A stretch of DNA of 63,190 nucleotides, the filler included, from Olpidium bornovanus S191 (Eukaryota > Fungi > Olpidiomycota): assembly GCA_017911155.1 (NCBI GenBank). It is 31 parts of 31 records of this genome, joined end to end, with 100 filler letters (N's around TTAATTAATTAA, not from the genome) between each part and the next. Parts side by side here need not be neighbours in the genome. Positions count along the whole stretch, not along the records: positions 36,097 to 38,606 come from JAEFCI010012393.1; positions 38,707 to 41,530 come from JAEFCI010000349.1; positions 41,631 to 42,725 come from JAEFCI010007251.1; positions 42,826 to 44,573 come from JAEFCI010005000.1; positions 44,674 to 45,939 come from JAEFCI010011504.1; positions 46,040 to 51,112 come from JAEFCI010010729.1; 25 more parts are not named here. One strand, given 5' to 3'. This document shows, in pieces, positions 36,251-47,821 of this stretch (positions are counted from its first letter, which is position 1; the number at the start of each line of letters is the position of its first letter). A program made the translations under genes and the position numbers. The notes beneath the pieces are model-generated. The model was not told the DNA's origin and did not search any database. It was given only the letters and a program-made list of their open reading frames with translations.

Positions 36251-37915
36251 TCACCGCAGCCGGTTGCGGGTGTACTTCGCCAGCCAGCCGGGAAGCTCGT
36301 TGGACGGGTCGCAGCTGTCCGGCCGAAACACGGCGCCGCCGGAGACGCGTCCGGCCAGCGCCGGCGGAGCCGTGCAGCGGGCGCCGGGTTGAGCGCAGGC
36401 GAGGAACCCCCGCGCGGGGGAGAGCGGGCGGCCGGCCGCGTAGATGTCCAGGTGGAGCTCGCCGAGGAAGAGGCTCGCAGCCTCGTCGTCCGTGAGCTTC
36501 GCCTCGTGCCAGAACGCGTCGCGGACGGTCGGGCGGTCGACGATGCGGCGTACGGTCGGCGCCGCCGCCGCCGCCGCCTCCCGGGGGGGCCGAAGCGGGG
36601 GCGGGGCGCCGAGGCGGCCGTCGGCGGCGGAGTGGCCGGAGGAGGCGACGCCGTCGCCTTCAAAGGCGCCGTCCCCTGCTGCGCCGCGGTAATCCGTTTC
36701 GGCGGCGCGCCAGGCCGCCCCGTCGTCGCCGCCGTCGTCCTCCCCGGCCGGCACCGGAACAGTCGCCGGCGTCCGGCCGCCCGCCGCGAGCCACTGAGCG
36801 CCGGCTTCGCTTCCTTCCCCGCGCTTGGCTATCCGCCTTCCGGTCGGCGGCAGGGTTGCGGATCGCCTGCTCAGGATCATGCCGGTGATGCGACGGAAAC
36901 CCAGCGTCTGGATGCGCAGGCGGAGGACCTGCGTGGACGGCTTGTAGTGCGCTTCGACCAAGGCGTGCCGAACCGGGTATTTCCGCCTGGAGACTGCGGC
37001 GGCCGATGCCTTCGCGCCGGAGCTCCTCGCGGCGGCACCTGGGGGAGTAGTTTCTGGGTCCGACCGGGCCGCGTTCTGGACGGAGCCGGCGCCGCCCGCA
37101 GCGCGGGCGGCGGCGCCAAAGCTCCTTGCGGCAGCACCTGGAGGGGTTGCTGGGGATCGGGCCGCGGTCTGGACGAAGCGGGCATCCTCCGCTTGCGCGA
37201 CGACCGGCAGGTGAGGCGGGCCCGGATCTGCGTCGAAACGGCGAGGGTCAAAGGGCTCGGGCACGGGGCCGGCAGTCGACGACGGCCAGGTCGCTAACGG
37301 GTCCTCCGCGGCCGTCCCGTCGCCGTTGCCGTCGTCGTCCGCCGGCGGCCGGAGAAGGAGCGCGGAGGCCGCGACGTCCGCCGCTTGCGGGGAAAGGGGA
37401 GGTTGTGCCCGCCGACGCGGGCCGCCGCTTTGAGCCGCCGGACGCGAATGGTCGTCACGTTGTGCGACGTGCTGCTGCTCCTCGTCCTCTGCCGCGAAGG
37501 CAGGCAGGCTCCTTCGGCGCAAGGCGCTCAGGCCGCGGCCGCCGGCGTCGGCACCGGCGGGGGCCTGCGCCTCCGCGAATCCCCTCCTCGTCCTCCTCGT
37601 CCTCTTCGCGCTCCGGACGTGCGCGGCGTGCTCGTCGAACGTCTGCGCCGCGGGGTCAAAGCAGGCGTCCACGATCGCCAGGTAGAGGTCGGTGTCCGTC
37701 GTCGGCGGGGCCAGGAAGGGCCTTCCGGCGCGGATCGCGACGGTCTCCAGCGGCGTCGGTATCTTGGCCTCGGCGACCAGGTAGGCGGAGGCCGCGCGGC
37801 CATGCGGCTGGCGCGGCGAGCCGTGAGGCGCAAGCCGCGCCGAGATGCCGCAGAGGACTAGAGCCGCCGCCGCCAGCGGCACGAGCCGCGTTGTTCCTCG
37901 CGCGGCCGTCCGCAT
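36251..37915 (-). CDS. Predicted secreted protein with a split CHRD (chordin-repeat)-like domain
   Basis: 555-codon ORF from ATG 37915 with a hydrophobic N-terminus (LVPLAAAALVLCGISA). CHRD-like blocks: AYLVAEAKIPTPLETVA, AHYKPSTQVLRLRIQTLGFRRITG, LTDDEAASLFLGELHLDIYAAGRPLSPARGFL. Confidence 0.6.
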   Translation of the reverse strand: MRTAARGTTRLVPLAAAALVLCGISARLAPHGSPRQPHGRAASAYLVAEAKIPTPLETVAIRAGRPFLAPPTTDTDLYLAIVDACFDPAAQTFDEHAAHVRSAKRTRRTRRGFAEAQAPAGADAGGRGLSALRRRSLPAFAAEDEEQQHVAQRDDHSRPAAQSGGPRRRAQPPLSPQAADVAASALLLRPPADDDGNGDGTAAEDPLATWPSSTAGPVPEPFDPRRFDADPGPPHLPVVAQAEDARFVQTAARSPATPPGAAARSFGAAARAAGGAGSVQNAARSDPETTPPGAAARSSGAKASAAAVSRRKYPVRHALVEAHYKPSTQVLRLRIQTLGFRRITGMILSRRSATLPPTGRRIAKRGEGSEAGAQWLAAGGRTPATVPVPAGEDDGGDDGAAWRAAETDYRGAAGDGAFEGDGVASSGHSAADGRLGAPPPLRPPREAAAAAAPTVRRIVDRPTVRDAFWHEAKLTDDEAASLFLGELHLDIYAAGRPLSPARGFLACAQPGARCTAPPALAGRVSGGAVFRPDSCDPSNELPGWLAKYTRNRLR

Positions 37916-38487
37916 CGCCGTCCGCGTCGCCGTCCGCGTCGCCGCCCGCACGGGGAGAGATCCCCTTGGCGGACGCGCTCGCGCACCGCCCGAGCGCGGC
38001 CCGACAACTGGCCGGGGTCCGGCGGGCGGCAGCGGCAACGGGCAACGGCAACGGGCAACAGACGCGAGCGGCCAGGCGATTCCGGCGGCGGGCACGGGGT
38101 AAATATGGTTGGGGTGCGCGCGGCGGCGAGCGGGGGAATGGGCCGGGCGATACGCACGATCTGGCGTGCGGGAAGGCGGCGGCGCGCGCGTTCGGAGGGC
38201 GGCCGGCCTGCCCGGGCGCGCGCTTCGGTTCCGCCGGTCTCTCGCGCCCGGAGAACCTTCGCTCCCTCCACTGGCGCCCCCTCCGCCCCCCTTCCTTCCT
38301 TTCTTCGCCCGGAGCCGTGAGATGATGCCGTCCGACCTCCGTCGGCGTCGTTTTGCCCTTCGCGCAGGCGCCCGCTTGCTCGCAACCAGCCGGCCCCACA
38401 CTCTCCCCAGACGCGCCCGCCACACCAAATCTCCGTCTCCCGCACGTGCCCGGGCCCTGGGGCGACTTCCCTCGCACGACGGAAAAG

Positions 38488-38533
<46 letters not shown>

Positions 38534-38706
38534 CGGGGGGCGTGGGGGGTGGGGTTTTTTTTCACCCACGCGGGGTGACCAAACAAAGGGGGGGTCTTCC
38601 CGACCCNNNNNNNNNNNNNNNNNNNNNNNNNNNNNNNNNNNNNNNNNNNNTTAATTAATTAANNNNNNNNNNNNNNNNNNNNNNNNNNNNNNNNNNNNNN
38701 NNNNNN

Positions 38707-38748
<42 letters not shown>

Positions 38749-39383
38749 AAAAGGAAAAAAAGAAAATTTCCGGAGACGCTGGTGGGGGGAAGGTGCGGAA
38801 TCCTCGTTGCCGGTACTCGGCGTGCTCGGCGCAACGTTACTGTGTGGGGGAATGCGACGGCTGACCCCGAAAACCAAAAAACCGCAAACCGCCGTGTCCG
38901 CCGCCCGGTACAGCGAACGCGCGGGGCATTTTGCAAGCGCGCAAGACGTCCCGTCGGGAAAGGAGGGGGAGAGGAGGAGGCGGGGAAGAGGCGGGGGGGG
39001 AGGAGGACGAGGGAAATACGCTTTTTCTTCCGTCCGCCCGAACGACGATATCACGGGGCCCCCTTCCCCCCCTTCCAATCCCCCGCTGCTGATCTTCTGA
39101 GGGGACCATGAGTGCAGTGGGTGAGTCCGTCTTTTTTTTTTTTATGGCCGTTGCGCGGCAAAGAGAGTATATGCGATACGGGAGAGACAAACGCACTTTG
39201 TGCACACCTGGCTGCTGTTGCACCCTCCCACTCCCGATTGCGCGTCCGCTTCCCCGTTCCTCGTTTTCCATTCACTTTCCCTGTCAACAGTCGCTTGACC
39301 CACCACCAACCCCCGGGCGTTCCCCGCCTAACGCACACTGCGAAAAAAAAAAAAAAAAAAATCTGGTCCGTCGGTCCCCGCAG

Positions 39384-40225
39384 CCAAGGCCCACCCGGGG
39401 GATCGGACAGCGTCGGTGCTGTCCGACGACGAGGCCGCCGCCGGCAACGGCGCCGGCGCGGCCAAGCAGGACCCTTCGGCTTCCGCAAGGGAGGCGGAAG
39501 ACGCGAAGAACAGCTGGGCGATGTACGGATCAGGGTTGGAAGACCACGGCGACATCGACAACGAAATTCCCAAGCCGTCTTACGTATGTATGTTTCTCGG
39601 CGGGCGACATAGCCCCTGTTCACGCCTCCCCGCCAACGTGTTCGTCGTAGCAGCTGGTGGGACTATTTTTTTTTTTTTTTTTTTTGGTTCGCTCGTTTTT
39701 TTTTCGCTTCGGCTCACACGACTTTGCCGTCACTTTCGGGGAGGGGGTGTGGGGGATGCCGGGTACCTCGCATTTTTTTTTTTTTTTTGGTTGGGGACGG
39801 AGGGGGTCATGCCTATCGTCCACTTCCGTTAACGTTTTCGGACACTTTGTTTGGACATTTATCAATCATGCGCCGTTGTCCACTTCCGTTAACGTCGTCG
39901 GACATTTTGTTTGGGCGTTCGTGTATCCCAGACGTTTGATTGGAGTAAGTGTGCCGGAAATCGCCTCAGAAAAAGAAAAAGCAGGTGCCGCGCCCGATGC
40001 TTTTTCCCGCGTGCTCCGCCAGCAAAAACAGCGATCGACATGTCGACCCCCTTCTTTTTCGCGCTGCTCCCACACCCACTCCGCGACTCCGCGCGGGGCG
40101 GACACAAATGCTCAGGTCTGAAAATCCGGGATTACGGCTTTCTGCCCTCAGATCCCCGGCATTACGGCAAGCCGGACAGCCGGCCGCCGGGCGGCGGAGG
40201 CGGCGGCGAGCCGCCGAAGCCGGCG

Positions 40226-40268
<43 letters not shown>

Positions 40269-40642
40269 AAGAGGATGACGACGCGAACGACAACTACTCG
40301 GCGCGGTATTCGGGGCAGGCAACGGCGCTGTACGATTTCGAGGCGGAGAATCCCAGCGAGCTGAGCTTCCGGGAGGGCCAGGTCATGACGATCCTGTTCC
40401 GCCAGTGCGCCGGCTGGCTGGTCGCGCAGATGGACGTCGAGGGCGGCGGCGGCGGCGAGGGGGAGGCGGAGGAAGAGGAACGGGACGCGCCGGAGGGCGG
40501 CGCCGGAACACGAGGGAGAGGGGGAGAGGCGGGGGAAGAGTCGGCGGAGGCCGGAGACGCGGACGTGGTGCGGAAAATTTTCCGCACCAAAACGGGGCTG
40601 GTCCCCCAGAACTACGTGCAGATATGGGGTTCATCAACTTAG
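39384..40642 (+). CDS. NBP2: Nbp2/Skb5-like SH3 adaptor (HOG-pathway regulator); 5'-incomplete
   Basis: KIRDYGFLPSDPRHYG (Nbp2-type I.D.A/G....P.HYG motif) followed by an SH3 domain: ATALYDFEAENPSELSFREGQVMTILFRQCAGWLVA...KTGLVPQNYV. Exons about 39384-39589 and 40116-40642. Confidence 0.75.
39808..39927. repeat. 60-bp imperfect tandem duplication in an intron
   Basis: GTCCACTTCCGTTAACG at 39818 and 39878, with similar flanks. Confidence 0.85.
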
Positions 40643-40700
40643 ATTGTTTTTTTTCCCCAACTTTTTTCTTTTGCTCTCCCCTTCCTCTCCCGTCTTCCCC

Positions 40701-40845
40701 CCCGTTTTTTTTTTTCTTCTTACCTCAACCCCCTCCCTTTCGGCATTGCCCCTAAAGTACATTAACGCAGAAACCCCGTTTTTTTTTCTTCTTACCTCAA
40801 CCCCCTCCCTTTCGGCATTGCCCCTAAAGTACATTAACGCAGAAA
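40701..40845. repeat. About 72-bp near-perfect tandem duplication 3' of the SH3 gene
   Basis: CTTCTTACCTCAACCCCCTCCCTTTCGGCATTGCCCCTAAAGTACATTAACGCAGAAA occurs at 40716 and 40788. Confidence 0.9.
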
Positions 40846-41168
40846 ACTTTAGTCTTTTTACTATTGCCCCCTTCCCCCCCCCTACCACCACCTCCTCTCC
40901 TTCCCGCACCCCCCCCAGCCCCCCTTCTCAGCGCAAGCGTGTTGCGGGTGGCGACAAAAACGTTGGGGATGAGAAGGTGGCGGGGGGCTGGCGCTCGGAT
41001 TTTGTCCGCCATCCTCACCTTACAAAAAAGAAAAAAAAAGAAAAAAAAAAAATTCCCCGCCAGACAGAACCAGGGATCGCAGGGGCGAGAAAGTCCTTCC
41101 CGGCTGAGGCTTTCCGTGCTTGACGACGTCAGCCTAATCTGCTGTCCGCTTTGGGCGCAGCCGAGGCC

Positions 41169-41206
<38 letters not shown>

Positions 41207-41475
41207 CCCCCCCCCCCCCCCCCCCCCCCCTACCCCCACGCACCGGACCCTTCTGCGCGGGCCCGAGTGCGGCGCGCAACTGTTTCTCGGTGTTTGACGA
41301 CGCGGTGGATGTCCGGCGCCGTCAGAAGAAGGGCCCGCAGATTTTATTTTTATTTATTTATTTATTTATTTTTTTTTTTTTTTGCTTGTTTTCCCGTCCG
41401 CAAATATCGGCTGACCGGGGCCGATTGTCGAAAAGAAAAGAAAAGTTACCGGAAGAAAAACAAAAGAAAAAAATG

Positions 41476-41517
<42 letters not shown>

Positions 41518-42609
41518 GGGGGGGAGAGGGNNNNNNNNNNNNNNNNNNNNNNNNNNNNNNNNNNNNNNNNNNNNTTAATTAATTAANNNNNNNNNNNNNN
41601 NNNNNNNNNNNNNNNNNNNNNNNNNNNNNNAGCGTTTTCCTGGGCGCGGGCGCGCGCGCTCGGGGGAGAGGGGCTTCCTCCTCCTTGCTCCTCCTCCTCC
41701 TTGCTCCTCCTCCTCCTTGCTCCTCCTCCTCCTCCTCCTCCTCCTCCTCTTTCTCCTCCTCCTCCTCCTCCGCCGGCCCTCCCCCGGATTTCGCCTAGGA
41801 AAATTGCCCCCTAATTTTTTTTTTTTTTTTTTTTTTTTTTCCGTCAGCGCGGGGGGGGGGGGGGGGGTTGTTCCGAAAGAAAAAAAGGCTTTTTTTTGCG
41901 GGGGGCGGGGGGCCAAAAAGGTTCGGGGGGGCGGGGAGGGCCGAGAGACGCAAACAGGGGAGCGACGAGCGCTCTCTACTGGTATTCTTAGTCAGCCCTC
42001 CTCTTTCTCCCCCGCACAAAAACTTCCATTCCACCCACGTGAGAGAGAAGAAGAAAACAACCAAACGCGGAAGGAGACAGGAGAGATGATAAGGTGAGAA
42101 GGGAGACAGAGAGAGAGAGAGCAGAGAGAGCAGAGAGAGAGTGACCGGCCCAGCCAGTCGGGCCGTGGGGACGCGGCCGCACGCCTGCCGCGTACGTCCC
42201 CCGCTTTCTCCGCCGCGTTACTGCGCAGAAAAACAGGAAAACAGCCCGCGGCGGATCCGGGAGGGTGCCATTCCCCCCCCCCCCCCCACGTTCGAGCCCT
42301 CACCTCACCCTTTTGCATTCCTTTTTGCATTACCTGCCGCCTTCCCCTCCTCCCGAAAACGCGGGGTGGGGGGGGGGGGTGCCCCGTGACCGTGCAGTCC
42401 CGTCCCGCTCGTCCTGGCCCGCCCGGGTTGCGCCGGCCGCAGAAACCGGCGGTCTCGCGGCAGCCCCAGCTACTCCTCGCGGGACTCTCTCTCCCGTGCG
42501 GGCGGGCCGGACGCTTCAGGGGCCGGCTGTCGACGCCGCCGCACCCGCCGGAGCGTTTCCGACCCCCCCCCCCCCCCCCCCCCGCCCCCCCCCCCCCCCT
42601 TCCCCCCGC

Positions 42610-42688
42610 CTGTCGCCCCTTGCCCTTTGCCCGCCGCCCGCCTTCCGTGGCGTCGGTCGACAGGCGGTTCGAGGGCCGTGCCACAGCA
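42610..42688 (-). repeat. Dispersed GC-rich repeat, copy B
   Basis: Reverse complement reads TGCTGTGGCACGGCCCTCGAACCGCCTGTCGACCGACGCCACGGAAGGCGGGCGGCGGGCAAAGGGC, homologous to 28741-28810. Confidence 0.85.
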
Positions 42689-44675
42689 TACCAGCGGTCA
42701 CGATACGCACCATCCAGATGCGGCGNNNNNNNNNNNNNNNNNNNNNNNNNNNNNNNNNNNNNNNNNNNNTTAATTAATTAANNNNNNNNNNNNNNNNNNN
42801 NNNNNNNNNNNNNNNNNNNNNNNNNCATGCCCTGCCTGAACGTCGCACCGTGGTCAAGCCAATACCTTCGTGCAAAAACGAAAGCAAATTTGCACGCAGC
42901 TTTCCGAGTGATTTATCGAACGCAAGCCCGCGATAGTTGGCGATCAGACGGTGTTTTGGAAGTGTTTTTGTGTAGTTGGGGAAGGTTTGGCGTCCAAGAA
43001 AGGCAATGATGAACCTTCGCAAAAGAAAGAAATAGAAAATCGCTTTGATGGCATTCCATGGCGGAAGGAGGGAAGGCTCACGCCAAGGCACGAGCCGTCG
43101 GGTCCATAACCCTATTTACCTACGTCACAGTGGCGTGACTCTTTTGGATGACGTAAGAGGAGCTCCAGCAATTTGCCGGTCAGGTGACATGCTTGCGGCA
43201 TCTGTTCCCCCCAAGGTCTGGCGACTTGAAGTTAGCATCTCGTGCTCATGCAGTGATCGAACCATGTAACTTTAGTGGACTTCGCTGAGTCGGACACAGC
43301 GGCCCACACGGTTTCACCCACACGGTTTCCGCAGACGCGCCGCTTTGTGAAGAGGGTGCAAGATGATCAAGTCCTTTACCCCCACTGTCGATGGGCGGTA
43401 TCTTAGGCATGAGGTGCGATGGCAGACTACGTCTTGTTTAGCGATTCAAATATACCATCCAAAATAGCGGCAGTCGATTTTAGCATAGAAACCTGGGGCA
43501 CGGCCCGGCGAGCGAGGCCTAGGAGGTTAGACTCCGCTTGCAATCTCAACTCGAGGAGGCAGTACTCTGCGCTCGGTAGGATTGTATCAAGTTCAAATGG
43601 TTCCATTAAAATTCTTATAATGGGTGTTGTCAAAATATTCAAGGCCTCGGGGGCGTGAGACGGAGAGGAGCGTGCGCATAATCTTTTAGGAAACGCCGCG
43701 GCCGGAACCAAAGGAATTCCGGTTCCTTACAACCTGTCGATGAGCCAGACGCTTGACGGACACTCGGGCGACCTTCCCCGCCATAGGGGAGACCCGCCAT
43801 GCGACGCTGTAGCCGGGTAGCGTCCCGAAGACCAGTGCGCCGGTGTCCGAGACTTGCTCGAGTGTTTACTCCTACACATAATCATCACTGGAGCGGACAA
43901 TCCAGGCAAGACGCGCTTGCGCGCAAAGAAAAGGGGTGGGAAAAAAAATGAAAAAAGCTCCCCTCTCTTTCTCTCTTTGTTTGGCGTTTGGGCGAAGACG
44001 GCCTTTTTCCCTCTTTGTGCCGGCTTTCGCACCGCGTCACGAGCGGAGTCGAGCAACAAGCCACCATTCGCTTTCCCTTTCTGCTCGAGCTTCGCCCAGG
44101 CCGGGGAGGGGGGCAACTTGCGGAAAGCACGGCCGCTTTCACCTTGCTATATGCATATACATTACTGAGTTGTTCAGGTTTGCTGCAGATATGAACGCGT
44201 CAGGACCCTGTCGCACTTGACTCCGGAATGCGCATTACGGCTGGGCACTGGAATCAGGTCTTGGCCAAATTTTAAGAAACAACTCGGCGGATTCTGCCGC
44301 AAACGGCTTTTCAGAGGGACCAGGACTTTGAGGAGACGACGAAATTTAAATAAAAATGAGCACTGCACGAGCTTTCCCGAATGCCGTAATCAAACGGCGG
44401 AACCGACAAGCAGTTTAACGGCGCCCGCGCCGGGACAAATGCCGAGCAACCCGCAGGTGGCGCTGAGGGTGCTGTTTTGCGTCCCCGAATGTCGCCGTGT
44501 GGGCGCTTACTGCGTGAAGGTCTTGGTGTTCGAGGGGGCGACGGCGATCATACGGCTTGCCTGGATCCGCGGGNNNNNNNNNNNNNNNNNNNNNNNNNNN
44601 NNNNNNNNNNNNNNNNNTTAATTAATTAANNNNNNNNNNNNNNNNNNNNNNNNNNNNNNNNNNNNNNNNNNNNGC

Positions 44676-45317
44676 ATGAAGCTGCGCCATTCGGCGCTCC
44701 TGAAGCTGCAGGAGAAAATGATCCTCGAGATGGAGCGCTCCGTCGGCCGGCGGGAGAGCATCAGCACCAAGGCCAAGACGAAAGGCAAGGCCTCGGGCCA
44801 AGCCGCCGTCCAGAAGGCGATCGCGGACGTCAGCAAAAGGCTCAAGCAGACGGTCGCGGACGTCCGCGAGTGCGACAGGGACGTCGCCAGCCTCACCGAA
44901 TCTCAGCAGACGGTCGGGAAGCACCTCGAGGAGGCCATCAGCTCCAGCCAAAACCTGGAGGCGCGGAGGGAGTACCTGAGGGTGGAGGTGGCGCGGAAGG
45001 AGCTGGAGCGCGTCAAGGTACGCATCACGGGCGGAGCGCGGGGGGGAAGGCGGGGTTCGGCCCGGGAATGTGGTGGACTGTCGGCCGCGAGCTCAAACGG
45101 GCCCATTTTTTTTCCCTTCTTTTTTGTGGGATGGCGTGGGAATGGGGAGTAGAACACAGCGGAAATTAGCATTTTCCAGAAAAAAGCGACGCGGCTGAAC
45201 GATCTGCGCGCCGGCCGGTACGTCCCGGTGGTCAAGGAAGAATCCGCCCGGCTGCAAGAAGCGCAAAAACAGAAGGAGCGGTTGCGGAAGCTGGAGGAGA
45301 TCGTGAAATATTTAGAG
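44676..45317 (+). CDS. CCDC40: CCDC40/FAP172 axonemal 96-nm ruler protein, C-terminal exons
   Basis: Exons 44676-45017 and 45153-45317: MKLRHSALLKLQEKMILEMERSVGRRESI...|NTAEISIFQKKATRLNDLRAGRY. These parallel CCDC40 C-terminal motifs (QQEKMI..ME..V.RRE; N..EI...Q.......GRY). Confidence 0.82.
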
Positions 45318-45860
45318 GTAGGTTTTTTTTTTTGTAACTTCGCCGAAAAAAAGAAAACGCGTGAGCCGAGTTTAGCCCGACGGGCGCTGGTGTGACTGAG
45401 TTTGTCAACGCGCGCAAAAACAAAACAACCCCCCCCCCCCCCCCCCATCCCACACACACACACACACACGCACGCACGCACGCACACACACTCCCCCACA
45501 CGACCGCGGGCAGGAGGACCATCCTCCGTTAAAGCCGACGCTCGGCCAAGTACGCGCTTACCTGAACGCATCAGGCACGATTGCCACGTCTTCTTAATTT
45601 CTTTTTTTTTTCCGGTTCCTTTTTTTTTCAGTCTTGAATAGCCCTTCGCCCCACCAGCCCCACACTTGACCACCCTTCTCCTTTCAGCCACATATATTAT
45701 AATACCCAGGCATTCCAGCTCCCAGCAGCCCCCGTTGTAACAACGTATAATCCATAATGTTCGATATCCCCCCGGGAGAAACCAGGGTGATTCCGGGCGT
45801 CGCGTCCCGTTTTCCCTCTTCACGTTACTTTTGAAGGGGTCTATGTTGGAGAAAAAGCCT

Positions 45861-45901
<41 letters not shown>

Positions 45902-46039
45902 CCCCCCCCCCCCCCCCCCCCCCCCCCCCGTCCGCCCCCNNNNNNNNNNNNNNNNNNNNNNNNNNNNNNNNNNNNNNNNNNNNTTAATTAATTAANNNNN
46001 NNNNNNNNNNNNNNNNNNNNNNNNNNNNNNNNNNNNNNN

Positions 46040-46556
46040 CCCATGTCCATCCAGAACCTCCTCAACCCGATTGAGGAGGCAGAAGCCACCCACATGGAGC
46101 TGACAGACGAGGAAATCCTGGCTATGGTTCAGGAAGGCGAGAATCAAGAGGAGGACAACGTTGAGGAGGAGCAGGTCACAACGATTACAAAGGCCGAAAA
46201 GCTGCAAAGCCTTGGAGTTGCTGCATCTCTTCTTGATCTATCCAAGGGGGGGCACCGCAATGCTCACAAAGTCCTTCGTAACGTCCAGTTTGAACTCCGC
46301 CATAAATCCGTAACTCAACACACTCTTGCTTCCTGCATCCAAAAGTAATGTTCTATCCTTTCTGCTCCTAAATTTTCGCTAGCTGATCTCCATTATCCAT
46401 ACAAACTGCTCCCTCTACTATGTTATAAGTCCCCATTTTCTTATAAGTTATTAATTATAAAGTATCGACCATAGAACGATGTCGATGGAGGCCGAAATGT
46501 ATAAAGTAGTAGAGGTTATTAAGTATTGGGTTTATAAAGTATGAGAGGGATGACTG
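46040..46556 (+). mobile_element. Right end of a pogo/Tigger (CENP-B-like DDE) DNA transposon
   Basis: Transposase-like tail MSIQNLLNPIEE...ELTDEEILAMV (46043-46348). Then subterminal TATAAAGT repeats and ...GAGAGGGATGACTG|TA, i.e. TIR CAGTCATCCCTC with a TA target site. Confidence 0.72.
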
Positions 46557-47821
46557 TAGACAAATGTGAAAATTGGAATAACGGTAACAAGGGCTTTTTG
46601 TTTTTTTAAGCTTAACCTAACCTTACACTCGGTTATGTTTTTCACGAAAAATTTACCAGGGTACCCCAGGCACTTTACCGGATATTTGTACAACCATCCG
46701 TCGGGTGCGTTTAGTCCGGTCGACGAGCAGAATTGGATGAATGATTCCGACCGCACGCGGAATCTGCGGATGTATACGGACAATAAAATGACCTGGGTCC
46801 GGCTTTTGGGAATGCAGGTGCCAGCACCTGTCACGTCCCCGTAGAATAGTGAAGTGGTTTCCTTCGGGACGCTTCGCGGTGTCGGTGGAACGCATAGACT
46901 CACATGCGCCCCACACACCCCAAAGCCACACTACGCACGAAGCTTCCCCCGCCCGACCCAGAAAAGCTGCCGCCGCCGCCGCGCGGAAGAGAGGCCCCGT
47001 CGGCGCCGCGCGCTTTGGAACGCCTGGCCCGGCGCGCGTGTGGTTTGTTGTCGTCGGGAGCGTAAAAAAAACCACCACCAACGACGACGAAAAAAACAAG
47101 AACGAAAAACTCGGGAAGTCTGTTCGCTTGACTCCCATTGCGAGAATGGTCACCGGGACGCCGCGGGTACGGCAAACAAAAAGAAAAAAAACGATGCACG
47201 CCCCTCCTCCACCCGCGCTGCAGGGCGCGGCCGACGAGCGCCTCGCGTTCGGGTGTGGTTGCGTACGGGGAAGCGACGGTGCGGAACGAGGCGGCGGCTC
47301 AGCGCGCGCGCACGCGCTCGGCCGCGAGTCCCCCGGAGCGGATGCAAACGCCGCAGGAGACGTAATGCGTGACTTCGGGGGTGACCGCGGCCTGCCCCCC
47401 CCCCCCCATCCCCGGTGGCCCTTTTCTGAAACTGAAGCGGGCTCCTGAACGGCGGCGCCGGCCCCCCCCCCCCCCCCCGCTCTCCTGACCCAGGCTTTCC
47501 ACCGGCAAAACCCAGACGACCGTCCGATACGCACCCCGAAGGCCGCTGATGGATCCCCGCTATCGTTCGACGAGATCGTCGAGCGGGCGCTCCGCCAGGA
47601 CTTGCTGAGCAGGAACGCGGATCAGGTACCCCCCGTCCCCCACACGCCTTTCCGTGACGGGCGTCGGCGCCGCGACGCCAATGCATCGGACCCGTTTCGA
47701 GCAACGCAACGTTAAGCGCTGACGGTCTCTCGCGCCACATTGCGCCGCTTTCAAGACCAAGCCTGAAAGGGCGAAAACGCCGACTGGCAGACCGCTTCGC
47801 GAAGCTAGCGGCGGTTTCCTT

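Noticed and set aside
46612-46625. TAACCTAACC as a telomeric repeat
   Set aside because: Only about two units, internal to a contig, and not a TTAGGG-type array.
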